A stretch of 64,000 nt of DNA from Candidatus Gastranaerophilales bacterium (lineage in GTDB: Bacteria > Cyanobacteriota > Vampirovibrionia > Gastranaerophilales > Gastranaerophilaceae). Both the position numbers and the translations under genes were made by a program. The notes under the pieces were generated by a model. That model was not told where the DNA came from. It saw only the letters and a program-made list of their open reading frames with translations, and made no database searches. Of this stretch, positions 54,982-64,000 are shown piece by piece. Within the stretch, counting starts at the first letter, position 1; every line of letters starts with the position of its first letter. Where the stretch lies: contig CALUYX010000001.1 in NCBI GenBank assembly GCA_944325115.1, positions 8,705-72,704 of the forward strand, in the 5' to 3' direction.

Positions 54982-55753
54982 CTATTTTGTAAATAGTTTT
55001 ATATCTTTTGACGCACATTCAATGACAGATACCTCTAATGTTTTGCTTCAAAAGTTCTCAAATTATGTTGATTTGTTTAATTCTCTAGAAGATACTGCTT
55101 CAAAGGAAGTGTTAGATAGTCTGTTAAGGTATCGTTTAAATTTTGATGAAAATGAGTTAAAAAATGTGTACAACCCGTCTTGTATTCAATATTTTGAGTC
55201 GGATATATATCAAATTAGCACAAAGGATTCAATAGTTGACTGTGGTGCATTTGATGGTGATACTTTGGCTACCGTTTTGCGTCTGACTAATGAAAAACTA
55301 AGAAATTATTATGCTTTTGAACCAGATAAGGAAAATTACAATGAACTTAAAAATAAAGCCATAAAGTATCAGCTGCCAGGAAGTATATATCAACTAGGAT
55401 GTTGGAGCGCTAAAACACAATTGACCTTTGCGGATTCAGGTACCACTTCTTCTCAAATTACGGAAAGTGGTAGTATAAAAGTAGATGTCACTTCTTTAGA
55501 TATTGAGCTAAAAGATAAAGATGTCACTTTTATCAAAATGGACATTGAGGGTGCAGAAATAGAAGCGCTTAAAGGTGCAAAAAATATTATTCAGAACCAA
55601 AAGCCGGTGCTTGCAATATGTGTGTATCATAAATTTAATGACATTTTTGATATTCCTGAGCTTGTAAAAAGTTTTGGAGTTGATTACAAATATTATTTAA
55701 GACACTATACTAAAGATGTCAGAGAAACAGTGCTTTATGCCGTGCCTGTTTAG
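54974..55753 (+). CDS. FkbM-family methyltransferase (catalytic domain only)
   Basis: Motifs seen are IVDCGAFDGDT, YAFEPD and FIKMDIEGAEIEALKGA. It is paralogous to the C-terminal 250 aa of the next gene. Confidence 0.8.
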   Translation: MFSYFVNSFISFDAHSMTDTSNVLLQKFSNYVDLFNSLEDTASKEVLDSLLRYRLNFDENELKNVYNPSCIQYFESDIYQISTKDSIVDCGAFDGDTLATVLRLTNEKLRNYYAFEPDKENYNELKNKAIKYQLPGSIYQLGCWSAKTQLTFADSGTTSSQITESGSIKVDVTSLDIELKDKDVTFIKMDIEGAEIEALKGAKNIIQNQKPVLAICVYHKFNDIFDIPELVKSFGVDYKYYLRHYTKDVRETVLYAVPV

Positions 55754-55787
55754 TTAATGACTATATGTTTGATGTATTTTTACTAAC

Positions 55788-56873
55788 TTGATTTTTAAAT
55801 ATCTTGCATATATACTTACAAATGTTATGTTTACAAATTTATCTTGTAAAACACTGGATGATTATCTGGTAAGTTTGCGGAACTCGGATATACTGTTATA
55901 CGGTGCAGGGGCTTTTGGTGGTGAGCTTTGTGACGTGTTAAAAAAGCACTCGATTTTACCTGTAGCCTTTTTAGATAAGAATAAAACCGGCACTAAACTC
56001 TCTGTTCCGATTTTTCATCCAAAGGAATACAAAAATAAAGATTCGCTTGTTGTTATAGCAATTGTGCTTAACAAGTCAGATAGAATTGAACTTATTAAAT
56101 ACTTAAATTCGCTTGGTTATAATAATATCCTTGATGGACAGATAATTAGGGCGCATTATGTACAATTTGAATCAGGCAAAACATATTGCCCCAATGAAGC
56201 GAGCTTGCCGCTGGCGTATCTTGCTGATGAAGAAAGTGTTATAACATATAAAACAAATGTCCTGGCACATTTAAATCGTAATTATGACAACTGTGTACAA
56301 ACTGATGAGAAATTTCAATATTTTGTAAATATAGAAGGTAATAATCGTTTTTCAAATTTTGTAGATTGTGGCGCATATATTGGTGATACATACCTTGAGG
56401 CTAAAAAGGCCGGGGTTGTTATTGATAATTACTATGCTTTTGAACCAATGCTTAATAATTTTGAAAAATTAAGGGAAAATCTGAAAGATATTAACTGTTA
56501 TGCTTATAACTATGCAGTTTCAGATAGCAAAAAGACCTTGTGTTTTCAAGATATGCTTGGCTCTTCGCATTCATGTGAAAACGGCGGCGTGCTTGTGAGT
56601 GCAATAAATTTAGACAACATATTGTCCGATAAGAAGATAGATTTTATTAAAATGGATATCGAGGGAGAGGAGCTCGGTGCTCTTATTGGGGCACAGAAAA
56701 TAATAAAAACCCAGAAGCCTAACCTTGCAATATGTCTGTATCATTACATCAATCATTTTTGGGAGATACCAAATTTGATACATAGTTGGAACTTGGGTTA
56801 TAAACTCTATGTAAGAACTCACTCGGGTGCTTGTATGGAGACTGTACTGTATGCAATTAAGGAGGAAAAATGA
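55788..56873 (+). CDS. FkbM-family methyltransferase with N-terminal Rossmann-like domain
   Basis: The N-domain has LLYGAGAFGGELCDVL. The catalytic part has FVDCGAYIGDT, YAFEP and FIKMDIEGEELGAL. The start is uncertain: TTG at 55788 or ATG at 55827. Confidence 0.8.
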   Translation: MIFKYLAYILTNVMFTNLSCKTLDDYLVSLRNSDILLYGAGAFGGELCDVLKKHSILPVAFLDKNKTGTKLSVPIFHPKEYKNKDSLVVIAIVLNKSDRIELIKYLNSLGYNNILDGQIIRAHYVQFESGKTYCPNEASLPLAYLADEESVITYKTNVLAHLNRNYDNCVQTDEKFQYFVNIEGNNRFSNFVDCGAYIGDTYLEAKKAGVVIDNYYAFEPMLNNFEKLRENLKDINCYAYNYAVSDSKKTLCFQDMLGSSHSCENGGVLVSAINLDNILSDKKIDFIKMDIEGEELGALIGAQKIIKTQKPNLAICLYHYINHFWEIPNLIHSWNLGYKLYVRTHSGACMETVLYAIKEEK

Positions 56874-57865
56874 GTACATCACAGTGCACAAAAAGGGTGG
56901 AGCTTGCAAAACAACTCCCGTTGAAGACTCCCTTTTCGGTTCACATTTTTCCTATTTATATGTGCAATTTTAAATGCAAATATTGCCTGCACTCAATGAG
57001 TACTTCTGAGCTTGCAAAAAAAGGTTTTAAGAAGTCTGTTATGGACTTTTCAATATATAAAAAAGCCATAGATGGCATAAAAGAATATGATGACAAACTA
57101 AAAGCTCTTATTTTTGCAGGGCATGGTGAGCCTCTTTTGCATAAAGACATTTGTAAAATGGTTAAATATGCAAAAGATGCCAATATTGCACAACGCGTTG
57201 AGATAGTTACCAATGCTTCATTGTTGGATAAAAAAATGTCTGACGGGCTTATTGAAGCAGGAGTTGATAGACTAAAAATATCAATTCAGGGTACCAATGC
57301 AAAAAAATATAAAGAAGTATCTGATTATGATATGGACTATAGTGAATTTTTGTCAAATCTTAAATATTTTAAAGAAAACAAAAAACATACCGAAGTTTAC
57401 ATAAAAATTATAGATATCGCACTTGACGGCAAAGAGGATGAGATGCTTTTTAAAAACTTATTTGAACCCGTTGCCGATTATGTTGATATTGAATATGCCA
57501 TACCTTTTATAAATGAGCTCAATGAAGACGTTTATGGTGATAAAGAATTTGATAAATGCAAACAGGGTAACTTGCAAAAGTCGAAAATATGTTCAATGCC
57601 ATTTTACATGCAGGTTGTAGCTCCTAATGGCGATATTTTACCCTGTTGTTCTACTGACGTTCCGATTGTTCTTGGAAATATAGATGACACTTCAATTAAG
57701 GAAATTTGGAATAATAAAACAACAAAAGGCTTTCTAAAGACCATGTTAACAGACAAAAATAAAAATGCAGTATGTGCAAATTGTTGTGTGCCCGAATTTG
57801 GTCTGCAGGAAGGCGATTATTTGGATGAGTATAAAGATGAATTATTGAAAAAATACGAGGAATAA
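56870..57865 (+). CDS. radical SAM / SPASM-domain protein (paralog 1)
   Basis: It has the CNFKCKYC (CxxxCxxC) cluster and a GHGEPLL GGE-like motif. The C-terminal auxiliary-cluster region is CSMPFYMQVVAPNGDILPCC...CANCC. ATGA overlaps the upstream gene. Confidence 0.85.
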   Translation: MSTSQCTKRVELAKQLPLKTPFSVHIFPIYMCNFKCKYCLHSMSTSELAKKGFKKSVMDFSIYKKAIDGIKEYDDKLKALIFAGHGEPLLHKDICKMVKYAKDANIAQRVEIVTNASLLDKKMSDGLIEAGVDRLKISIQGTNAKKYKEVSDYDMDYSEFLSNLKYFKENKKHTEVYIKIIDIALDGKEDEMLFKNLFEPVADYVDIEYAIPFINELNEDVYGDKEFDKCKQGNLQKSKICSMPFYMQVVAPNGDILPCCSTDVPIVLGNIDDTSIKEIWNNKTTKGFLKTMLTDKNKNAVCANCCVPEFGLQEGDYLDEYKDELLKKYEE

Positions 57866-58888
57866 ATGGAAGCAAAAGTTAAGCCAGGTTATGATGATAA
57901 AAGAACAATTTTAAAAGATGTTGTACCTCTAGATACACCATACACTCTTTTTATTTCGCCATCTCAGTTGTGTAATTTCAGATGTCATTTTTGTGCACAA
58001 TCATTGAGTAATGAAGAAAAAAAACAAAAGGGACTCATACAGATTAATCAGGATATGGATGTTTTCTTGAAAATCGTAGAGCAGTCAAAGAAGTTTCCAA
58101 ACAAGTTTAAGCGCATACTTTTAACCGGTCTTGGCGAGCCGCTTATGAATAAAAATATTGCCAAGATGGTAGAAATGGTTAAAGAAGCAGAGATTTCAGA
58201 GAAAATTGAAATATTTACAAATGCTGCGCTTTTAAATCACAAATTAAGTGATGACTTGATTAACGCAGGACTTACAAAATTAAGAATTTCTACACAGGGT
58301 ACGGATGCTGCTATGTATAAAAAACACAGTGGCGTAGATATTGATTTTGATAAGTTTGTAAGTGAAATTAAATATTTTTATGAAAAAAGCAGAGGAAAAT
58401 GCCAAGTATACATAAAAATAATTGAGGAAGAATTAAGGGATGCAAATGATAGAGAAAAATTCTTTGATATTTTTGGCAATATATGTGACGAAATATATGT
58501 TGAGAATCTGACACAAGCTCAACCTGCTATGGGTGATTATGAAAACAAGGTAGAGCATACAAGAACTTTTTACGGTGAAAAAGCAAAGGTAAGAGAAGTT
58601 TGCCCTTACATTTTTTATTCTTTACAGACTGACTCTGAAGGAAATTGTTTCCCTTGTCCGCCTTTAAGTCTTCCTTTGAGTTTTAGTATTGGAAATATCA
58701 ATGATACTCCAATTACAGAAATATGGAACGGTAAAAAACACAAAGATATAATGATTTCGCACTTGAATGGTAATAAGTGTGATTTGTGTAAAAAGTGTAC
58801 AAATTATCTGTGTTTTACTCCTGATGAAGATAACTTGGACATGCATAAAGAAGAAATTTTAGAGAGGTTGAATTTATGTCTAAAATAG
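57866..58888 (+). CDS. radical SAM / SPASM-domain protein (paralog 2)
   Basis: Motifs seen are CNFRCHFC, GLGEPLM and CPYIFYSLQTDSEGNCFPC...CDLCKKC. It is clearly paralogous to the flanking genes. Confidence 0.85.
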   Translation: MEAKVKPGYDDKRTILKDVVPLDTPYTLFISPSQLCNFRCHFCAQSLSNEEKKQKGLIQINQDMDVFLKIVEQSKKFPNKFKRILLTGLGEPLMNKNIAKMVEMVKEAEISEKIEIFTNAALLNHKLSDDLINAGLTKLRISTQGTDAAMYKKHSGVDIDFDKFVSEIKYFYEKSRGKCQVYIKIIEEELRDANDREKFFDIFGNICDEIYVENLTQAQPAMGDYENKVEHTRTFYGEKAKVREVCPYIFYSLQTDSEGNCFPCPPLSLPLSFSIGNINDTPITEIWNGKKHKDIMISHLNGNKCDLCKKCTNYLCFTPDEDNLDMHKEEILERLNLCLK

Positions 58889-59907
58889 AGCCTATATCGG
58901 GTCATAATGACAGGGTGGAACTAAAGAAAGTTTTGCCTTTAATGACTCCTTTTACATTAAATGTTTTCCCGATTAATTCTTGCAACTTTAAATGCAACTT
59001 TTGTGCTCAAAGTTTGGGTGTTCAGGGGTTAAAAGAAGAATACGGTTATGACGTTGCAGAAAAAATGTCACTTGCAACTTTTGAAAATATTGTCAGGCAG
59101 TCAATGGAGTTTGACGAGCAATACAAGCTCCTTTCTTTTATGGGACATGGAGAGCCGCTTTTGAATAAAGATTTGCCAAAGATGATTAAAATGGCAAGTG
59201 ATGCTAAAATAGCTCAAAGGATTGAAATAATTACAAATGGTTCTCTGCTTACGCCTGAATTATCTGATGCGCTTATTGAATCAGGTATAACAAATGTGAG
59301 ATTATCTCTTGAGGGATTGAGTGCAAAAGTATACAAAGAAGTAAGTAATGTTGATATTGATTTTGATAATTTTTTATCAAATCTTGAGTATTTTCATACA
59401 AAGGGTGAAAAATACGGTGCAAAATTATTTGTAAAAGTTATTGACTGCTCTCTGAAACAAGGTGAACAGGTGAAGTTTTACAAAATGTTTGATAAAATTT
59501 CATCCAGAATGTATGTTGAAAAGGTTAAGCCTGTTTATTCGGGCGTTGAGGCTACATGTGGAATTAAAGATTTGACTACGGACAGATACGGTAATACACA
59601 TGAAAAAAGGTTGGTTTGCCCCATGGCATTTTTCTCTTTAGCGGTTTGGCCAAACGGTGACGTTGCTCCATGTGATGCTATATATAAACCATGTAATCTT
59701 GGCAATGTAAATAGCGGTAGCTTAAGGGAAATGTTTTGCGGCGAGAGGGTAAACAACTTTAGGATTTCACTGTTGCAGAACAAAAAAGAACAAATGTTTG
59801 GTTGCAAAAAGTGCTGTGCTCCTGATGATGTATCACATGAGTTGGATGAATTAGACAGTGACAGGACTAATCTTCTTGGTAAATACGGTGCTTTTTTAAA
59901 TGCTTGA
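58876..59907 (+). CDS. radical SAM / SPASM-domain protein (paralog 3)
   Basis: Motifs seen are CNFKCNFC, GHGEPLL and CPMAFFSLAVWPNGDVAPC...CKKCC. It overlaps paralog 2 by 13 nt. Confidence 0.85.
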   Translation: MSKIEPISGHNDRVELKKVLPLMTPFTLNVFPINSCNFKCNFCAQSLGVQGLKEEYGYDVAEKMSLATFENIVRQSMEFDEQYKLLSFMGHGEPLLNKDLPKMIKMASDAKIAQRIEIITNGSLLTPELSDALIESGITNVRLSLEGLSAKVYKEVSNVDIDFDNFLSNLEYFHTKGEKYGAKLFVKVIDCSLKQGEQVKFYKMFDKISSRMYVEKVKPVYSGVEATCGIKDLTTDRYGNTHEKRLVCPMAFFSLAVWPNGDVAPCDAIYKPCNLGNVNSGSLREMFCGERVNNFRISLLQNKKEQMFGCKKCCAPDDVSHELDELDSDRTNLLGKYGAFLNA

Positions 59908-61135
59908 TAAAACAAATAAAAAGATACTGCATATAACGCCACATTTAGGTGGTGGCGTGGGACATGTTATACTTGGTTGGGTTTGCACTGATAAGGCGTA
60001 TAATCATGAGATTGTAACCTTGGATTATGCAAATGAGAAAGCAAAAAAGATTTGTGCTGAAAATTCAATCAATTTGTATTCATGTGTTTCGCACTTAAAC
60101 ATACTTGAACTAATACCCAAATTTGATGTTATTATTTTGCATTTTTGGAATCACCCGCTTTTGTATGACTTTATTGTAAAAAATCAACTGCCGCCTTGCA
60201 GGCTGATAATATATTCTCATATATCAGGGTTATATGCGCCAAATTTAATAACAAAAAAAATTCTCAGGTATCCTGAAAAATTTATTTATACAACTAGAAT
60301 AAGTAAAGAAATTGATTCATCTAACGATGTTATTTTATCGACCGCAGGTATAGAACATGTTAAGAACTTAAATCATAAAACTCAGGAGCAATACAGTCTT
60401 GGTTATATAGGAACTGTAGATTATGCAAAAATGCATCCTGATTACATAGGAACTATGGGTAAGATAAAAAATGCCAAATTTTTAATTGTTGGCGGTGGAA
60501 ATGAAAAAGAAATTGCAAAATCTGCAGATGAGCGTTTTGAGTTTTACGGTCAGGTAGAAGATGTACGTCCTTATTTGTCAAAAATGGATGTATTTGCTTA
60601 TCTTTTGAACCCTACGCATTTTGGTACTGCAGAGCAAGTGTTACAAGAGGCTATGGCCGCAGGGGTTGTTCCTGTTGTATTGAATAATAAATGCGAAACT
60701 ACGCTTGTAGAGCATGGGTTGACGGGACTTGTTGCAAAAAATCTTGATGAATATGTTTCTTTTGTAGAGCTTTTAAGAAAAGATGTTAGCTTGAGGAATA
60801 AACTTTCAGTAAACGCAAAAAAATACGCCAAAGATAATTTTTCGCTAGAAACTTTTGTGAAAAAATGGAGAGAGGTATTAAATAAAGTTTTGTTAATGAA
60901 AAAAAAGTCTAAAAAGTGGTCAGTGCGACAAGGTGCTGATAATCTTAAATCTTATGACATTTTTTTGGAGAGTCTTGGTGATTATGCGTCAGATTTTGTG
61001 TTAAAATCAGATAAAGAATTAAAAGAATTATTTAAGGAGCCTAATTGGCAGTCTGAAAATAAGGGTACACCAAAACAATACTACAGATTCCTTGGTGGTA
61101 GAGGATTAGAAAGATTGGTAAAGTTGTATGAATAA
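59900..61135 (+). CDS. glycosyltransferase, GT4-like (GT-B fold)
   Basis: The N-terminus has ILHITPHLGGGVG. The C-terminal EX7E-type region is GTAEQVLQEAMAAGVVPVV. Confidence 0.78.
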   Translation: MLDKTNKKILHITPHLGGGVGHVILGWVCTDKAYNHEIVTLDYANEKAKKICAENSINLYSCVSHLNILELIPKFDVIILHFWNHPLLYDFIVKNQLPPCRLIIYSHISGLYAPNLITKKILRYPEKFIYTTRISKEIDSSNDVILSTAGIEHVKNLNHKTQEQYSLGYIGTVDYAKMHPDYIGTMGKIKNAKFLIVGGGNEKEIAKSADERFEFYGQVEDVRPYLSKMDVFAYLLNPTHFGTAEQVLQEAMAAGVVPVVLNNKCETTLVEHGLTGLVAKNLDEYVSFVELLRKDVSLRNKLSVNAKKYAKDNFSLETFVKKWREVLNKVLLMKKKSKKWSVRQGADNLKSYDIFLESLGDYASDFVLKSDKELKELFKEPNWQSENKGTPKQYYRFLGGRGLERLVKLYE

Positions 61136-62102
61136 TGAAAATCTGCTAATTACAGTAGGTTTAACTACATATAATCGTCTTGAAATGCTAAAAAAAGCGC
61201 TTACGAGTTTAAGGAATCAAACGTATAAAAATATTGAAATTATAATTGCTGATAACCACTCAACGGATGGAACCGAGGAATATTGCAAAGAATGTGCAAT
61301 AAAAGATTCAAGGATAAGGTATTACAGACATGATGAAAATATTGGTCTGTATAAAAACGGACAGTTTTTACTTGGACAGATAAGAACAAAGTATGCACTA
61401 CTTGTTTGTGATGACGACTGGGTTAGTGAAAATTTTGTTGAAGAAGCTGTTAAGGTTATAAACAAAAAACGGGATTTTACTTCAATATCTTCGGCAGTAT
61501 ATTTATATGATGAAAATTACAATATTATGGACAAAGGTATTGCTGATGGTATTTTATCTAATTCGTATACAAAAAGGATGTGCGCTTATGCAAATACTAT
61601 AAATAGGCTTAAAATTACATCATTTTTTGTTGATGTTGACAGTTGCAAAAAGTCTTTAGGTTTTTCAAAAGGTTGTTATTGTGGCGACCAGCTATATTCT
61701 TTAAGATTGTTGTTTTTGGGAAAAATGCCAATATTAAAAAACGCGATATATCATAAAGTTCATAACGGATGCACAAAAGACCTTGAAACTTTGACCAAAA
61801 GTTTTAATCTCGAAGGATTTACAAATGAAAATTATCCATATAAGCTTGCGCAGACTCAGGCAAATTTTATTATGGAGGATGAGTTTTTCAAAAGCAGATT
61901 GAGTGAAAGAAAAAGAAAAAAACTTGCAAGGGCTGTATATAAGAGCGTAATAAAGGCACATACGCCAAAGACAAGCTTTAAAGATGTGTATGGTTTTGTT
62001 CGTGTTCGTCCGTTCTTTTTGTTCTATAGACAATTTTACGATTTGGTATACAGTTTTCTTGGCTTGGATATTAATTACAAATTTGAGGAGTACTTTAGCT
62101 GA
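61128..62102 (+). CDS. glycosyltransferase family 2
   Basis: It has ITVGLTTYNR, IIIADNHSTDGT and a DDD (DxD) motif in VCDDDW. Confidence 0.85.
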   Translation: MNNENLLITVGLTTYNRLEMLKKALTSLRNQTYKNIEIIIADNHSTDGTEEYCKECAIKDSRIRYYRHDENIGLYKNGQFLLGQIRTKYALLVCDDDWVSENFVEEAVKVINKKRDFTSISSAVYLYDENYNIMDKGIADGILSNSYTKRMCAYANTINRLKITSFFVDVDSCKKSLGFSKGCYCGDQLYSLRLLFLGKMPILKNAIYHKVHNGCTKDLETLTKSFNLEGFTNENYPYKLAQTQANFIMEDEFFKSRLSERKRKKLARAVYKSVIKAHTPKTSFKDVYGFVRVRPFFLFYRQFYDLVYSFLGLDINYKFEEYFS

Positions 62103-63097
62103 TGAATATACCTATTTTCCTTGCGAGTGATGAAAATTATGCGCCGTATTTGTGCGCAACAATGTTTTCGATTTTAATGCACACAACTTCGCAAATTGAC
62201 TTCTATGTTATGTCTAATAAAATAAGTGATGATTCAAAAGCCAAAATAAAAGAGTCTTTGAGTTGTTATAATAATTTTTCAATTGAATATATAGACATTT
62301 CAAATTTTGATTTATCAAGGTTTCCAATTAAAAGACACTATTCTGTTAATACTTTTGCAAGATATTTTATACCTGATATAAAGCCTGATTTAAAAAAAGT
62401 TTTATACCTGGATTCAGATATTATTATGAGGGATGATATAGTTAATCTTTGGAATTACGACTTGAATAGAAAGCTAATTGCAGCTGTTAGCGAAAAATTT
62501 AACAGAACAAACGGTATTTATCTGAAAGAAAAAATTGATTCCAATTATTCGGATATTGAAAAATATTTTAACGCAGGTGTTCTTGTCCTTGATGTAGAAG
62601 GTATTAAAAAAGAAAACCTGATGCAGCAATGCATTGAAAAAACTATAGAATTATCCGACAAGCTTTCTTGTCCTGATCAGGATGTAATGAATATTGTTTT
62701 TGAAAATAAGGTTCAGTACTTACCTGACGAATTTAATTTTATGCCTGATTTGCTTGAAGCCTCGTATTTTCCGTTTTATGGGGAAGTGTATTCTAATAAA
62801 ATTAAAGACAATGCAAAAATTATTCATTATGTCGTAGGAAAGCCTTGGTTTAATCTTTCTTGTGTTAGTGATTATTTTTGGGAAGTTGCAAAAAAGACCA
62901 AATTTTATGAATCCATAAAAAATAAGCCCGATGAGCCTGAAAAAAAACGAATTTTCGAGCTTGATGAAGAAATAAAAGGTATAAAAAAAGTTTTTTATAA
63001 GAGAATAAAACAAAGAAGTCTGAAGAAAAAAAGACACGTTTATATTTTATTCTGGTCTTTTGTAATTAAAACTCCGTGGAAATATATAAAAAGCTAG
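62102..63097 (+). CDS. glycosyltransferase family 8 (RfaJ/LgtC-like retaining hexosyltransferase)
   Basis: Motifs seen are IPIFLASDENYAPYL, LYLDSDIIM (DxD) and NAGVLVLD. It shares a 1-nt overlap (TGATG) with the upstream gene. Confidence 0.85.
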   Translation: MNIPIFLASDENYAPYLCATMFSILMHTTSQIDFYVMSNKISDDSKAKIKESLSCYNNFSIEYIDISNFDLSRFPIKRHYSVNTFARYFIPDIKPDLKKVLYLDSDIIMRDDIVNLWNYDLNRKLIAAVSEKFNRTNGIYLKEKIDSNYSDIEKYFNAGVLVLDVEGIKKENLMQQCIEKTIELSDKLSCPDQDVMNIVFENKVQYLPDEFNFMPDLLEASYFPFYGEVYSNKIKDNAKIIHYVVGKPWFNLSCVSDYFWEVAKKTKFYESIKNKPDEPEKKRIFELDEEIKGIKKVFYKRIKQRSLKKKRHVYILFWSFVIKTPWKYIKS

Positions 63098-63153
63098 AAA
63101 ATTGCATTTAAAAAACTTGCAACTTGTTTTGAAATGTACTTGAGTAGCTTATA

Positions 63154-63966
63154 TTAAGTCCATTCTTCGATTTTTTGCTCTGTTATTCTGTGTGCTATAT
63201 CAACTGTTCTTTTTTTGACGTAGCAATATTTGCAAAATGGTACGGGTTTAGCTAAAAAATACATTATCTCTTGCATATTCCTTGCTTTGTATATATCAAT
63301 GTAGTCATTTGGGGTTATTTGTATATTCTGGTTGAATTTTTTATTAAAGTGTCTTATGTATGGTATAACGCAACAGGTATACAACTTACCCTTGTGCAAT
63401 TGAACGCACTCATTTGAAAAAGGACAAGTGAGGAAATTTTCTTGAGCATTTTGTGCGCCCTCTAGGTCTAAGGGGAGTTTGTAAAGAGTTTTCTCTTCTT
63501 TTTCGCTGTTTGAATAAAATTCAAGCTTTATTCCAAAATGTTTGCACTTTTTTCTTATTTCTTCCCAGTTTACCTTTATTGGATATTTTGTTGGGGATAT
63601 TACTATTGAATGTTTTGCTACTTCGTTGTAAAAAGCGTCATCTTGCTGTTCAAGTAAAATGGCGTTTGTTATGAGAATAATTTTTGAATTTTCAAAATAT
63701 TTTCTCGCTATTTGAAAGAAATCTTTGCATTGTGGGTGGAGCAAAGGTTCACCGCCCATTAGGTGTATTTCGTTTATTTCTCCAAAAGTGAGCTCTTTTA
63801 GTCTTTTTAAATCGCTTTCAAATTCTTCTATCGAAAGATATTCTTCCTCTGCTATACTTGAAAAATGTGCACAGTGGGCGCATTTTAGGTTGCAATGTTC
63901 GCAAAGATGAATTTCTAAATAATTTATATTTGGTCTTACCGACATTGAATAAAATTTCTGAAACAA
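63154..63966 (-). CDS. radical SAM protein with Cys-rich C-terminal (SPASM/twitch-like) region (diverged fourth copy)
   Basis: Motifs seen are CEHCNLKCAHC, MGGEPLL and CPFSNECVQLHKGKLYTCC...FCKYC. The reading frame stays open to the right window edge. The most likely start is the ATG at 63945; the track uses the TTG at 63966. Confidence 0.75.
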   Translation of the reverse strand: MFQKFYSMSVRPNINYLEIHLCEHCNLKCAHCAHFSSIAEEEYLSIEEFESDLKRLKELTFGEINEIHLMGGEPLLHPQCKDFFQIARKYFENSKIILITNAILLEQQDDAFYNEVAKHSIVISPTKYPIKVNWEEIRKKCKHFGIKLEFYSNSEKEEKTLYKLPLDLEGAQNAQENFLTCPFSNECVQLHKGKLYTCCVIPYIRHFNKKFNQNIQITPNDYIDIYKARNMQEIMYFLAKPVPFCKYCYVKKRTVDIAHRITEQKIEEWT

Positions 63967-64000
63967 AAGACTTGTTCTTTTGTTTACATATGTTTCTATA

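Overview
This is an AT-rich chromosomal segment from a diderm bacterium. It is probably anaerobic and motile, given an RND/TolC-type efflux operon, HydF, a YcgR-like PilZ protein and sigma-28-type promoters. My lineage guess is a gut-type group such as Melainabacteria-like non-photosynthetic cyanobacterial relatives; I cannot verify this here. All functional calls come from by-eye motif recognition on the supplied translations, and no database search was run.

The window holds about 60 protein genes and one tRNA-Cys.
- Housekeeping genes: leuS, rpsT, dgkA-ybeY-PgpH-like, rpmE, thyX-prfA, miaB, pgi and an Slt-type lytic transglycosylase.
- Alpha-glucan enzymes: GH57, a secreted GH13 and GH77.
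- Transport: an MFP-RND-OMF efflux operon and two ABC proteins.
- Signalling: two orphan histidine-kinase-like proteins, one lacking the phospho-acceptor His.
- From about 50.5 kb to the right edge: a large glycan-biosynthesis locus. It contains CDP-glucose pathway genes, three methyltransferases, four radical-SAM/SPASM-like proteins and three glycosyltransferases.

Most interesting, in my order:
1. A four-gene module at 17.9-20.7 kb driven by two near-consensus sigma-28 promoters. It encodes two paralogs with conserved terminal helices, one with a long variable middle (flagellin-like architecture without recognisable flagellin sequence), plus a Gly/Ala/Ser-rich protein.
2. Three tandem radical-SAM/SPASM paralogs, plus a fourth diverged copy, embedded in a CDP-hexose glycan operon that lacks the classical 3-deoxygenation enzymes.
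3. A perfectly conserved 99-bp, three-hairpin tandem repeat (A-B-A-B-A) at 1.17-1.41 kb.
4. A protein with seven ~37-aa repeats fused to a minimal protein-kinase-like domain.

I found no CRISPR array, transposase, integrase or prophage gene.
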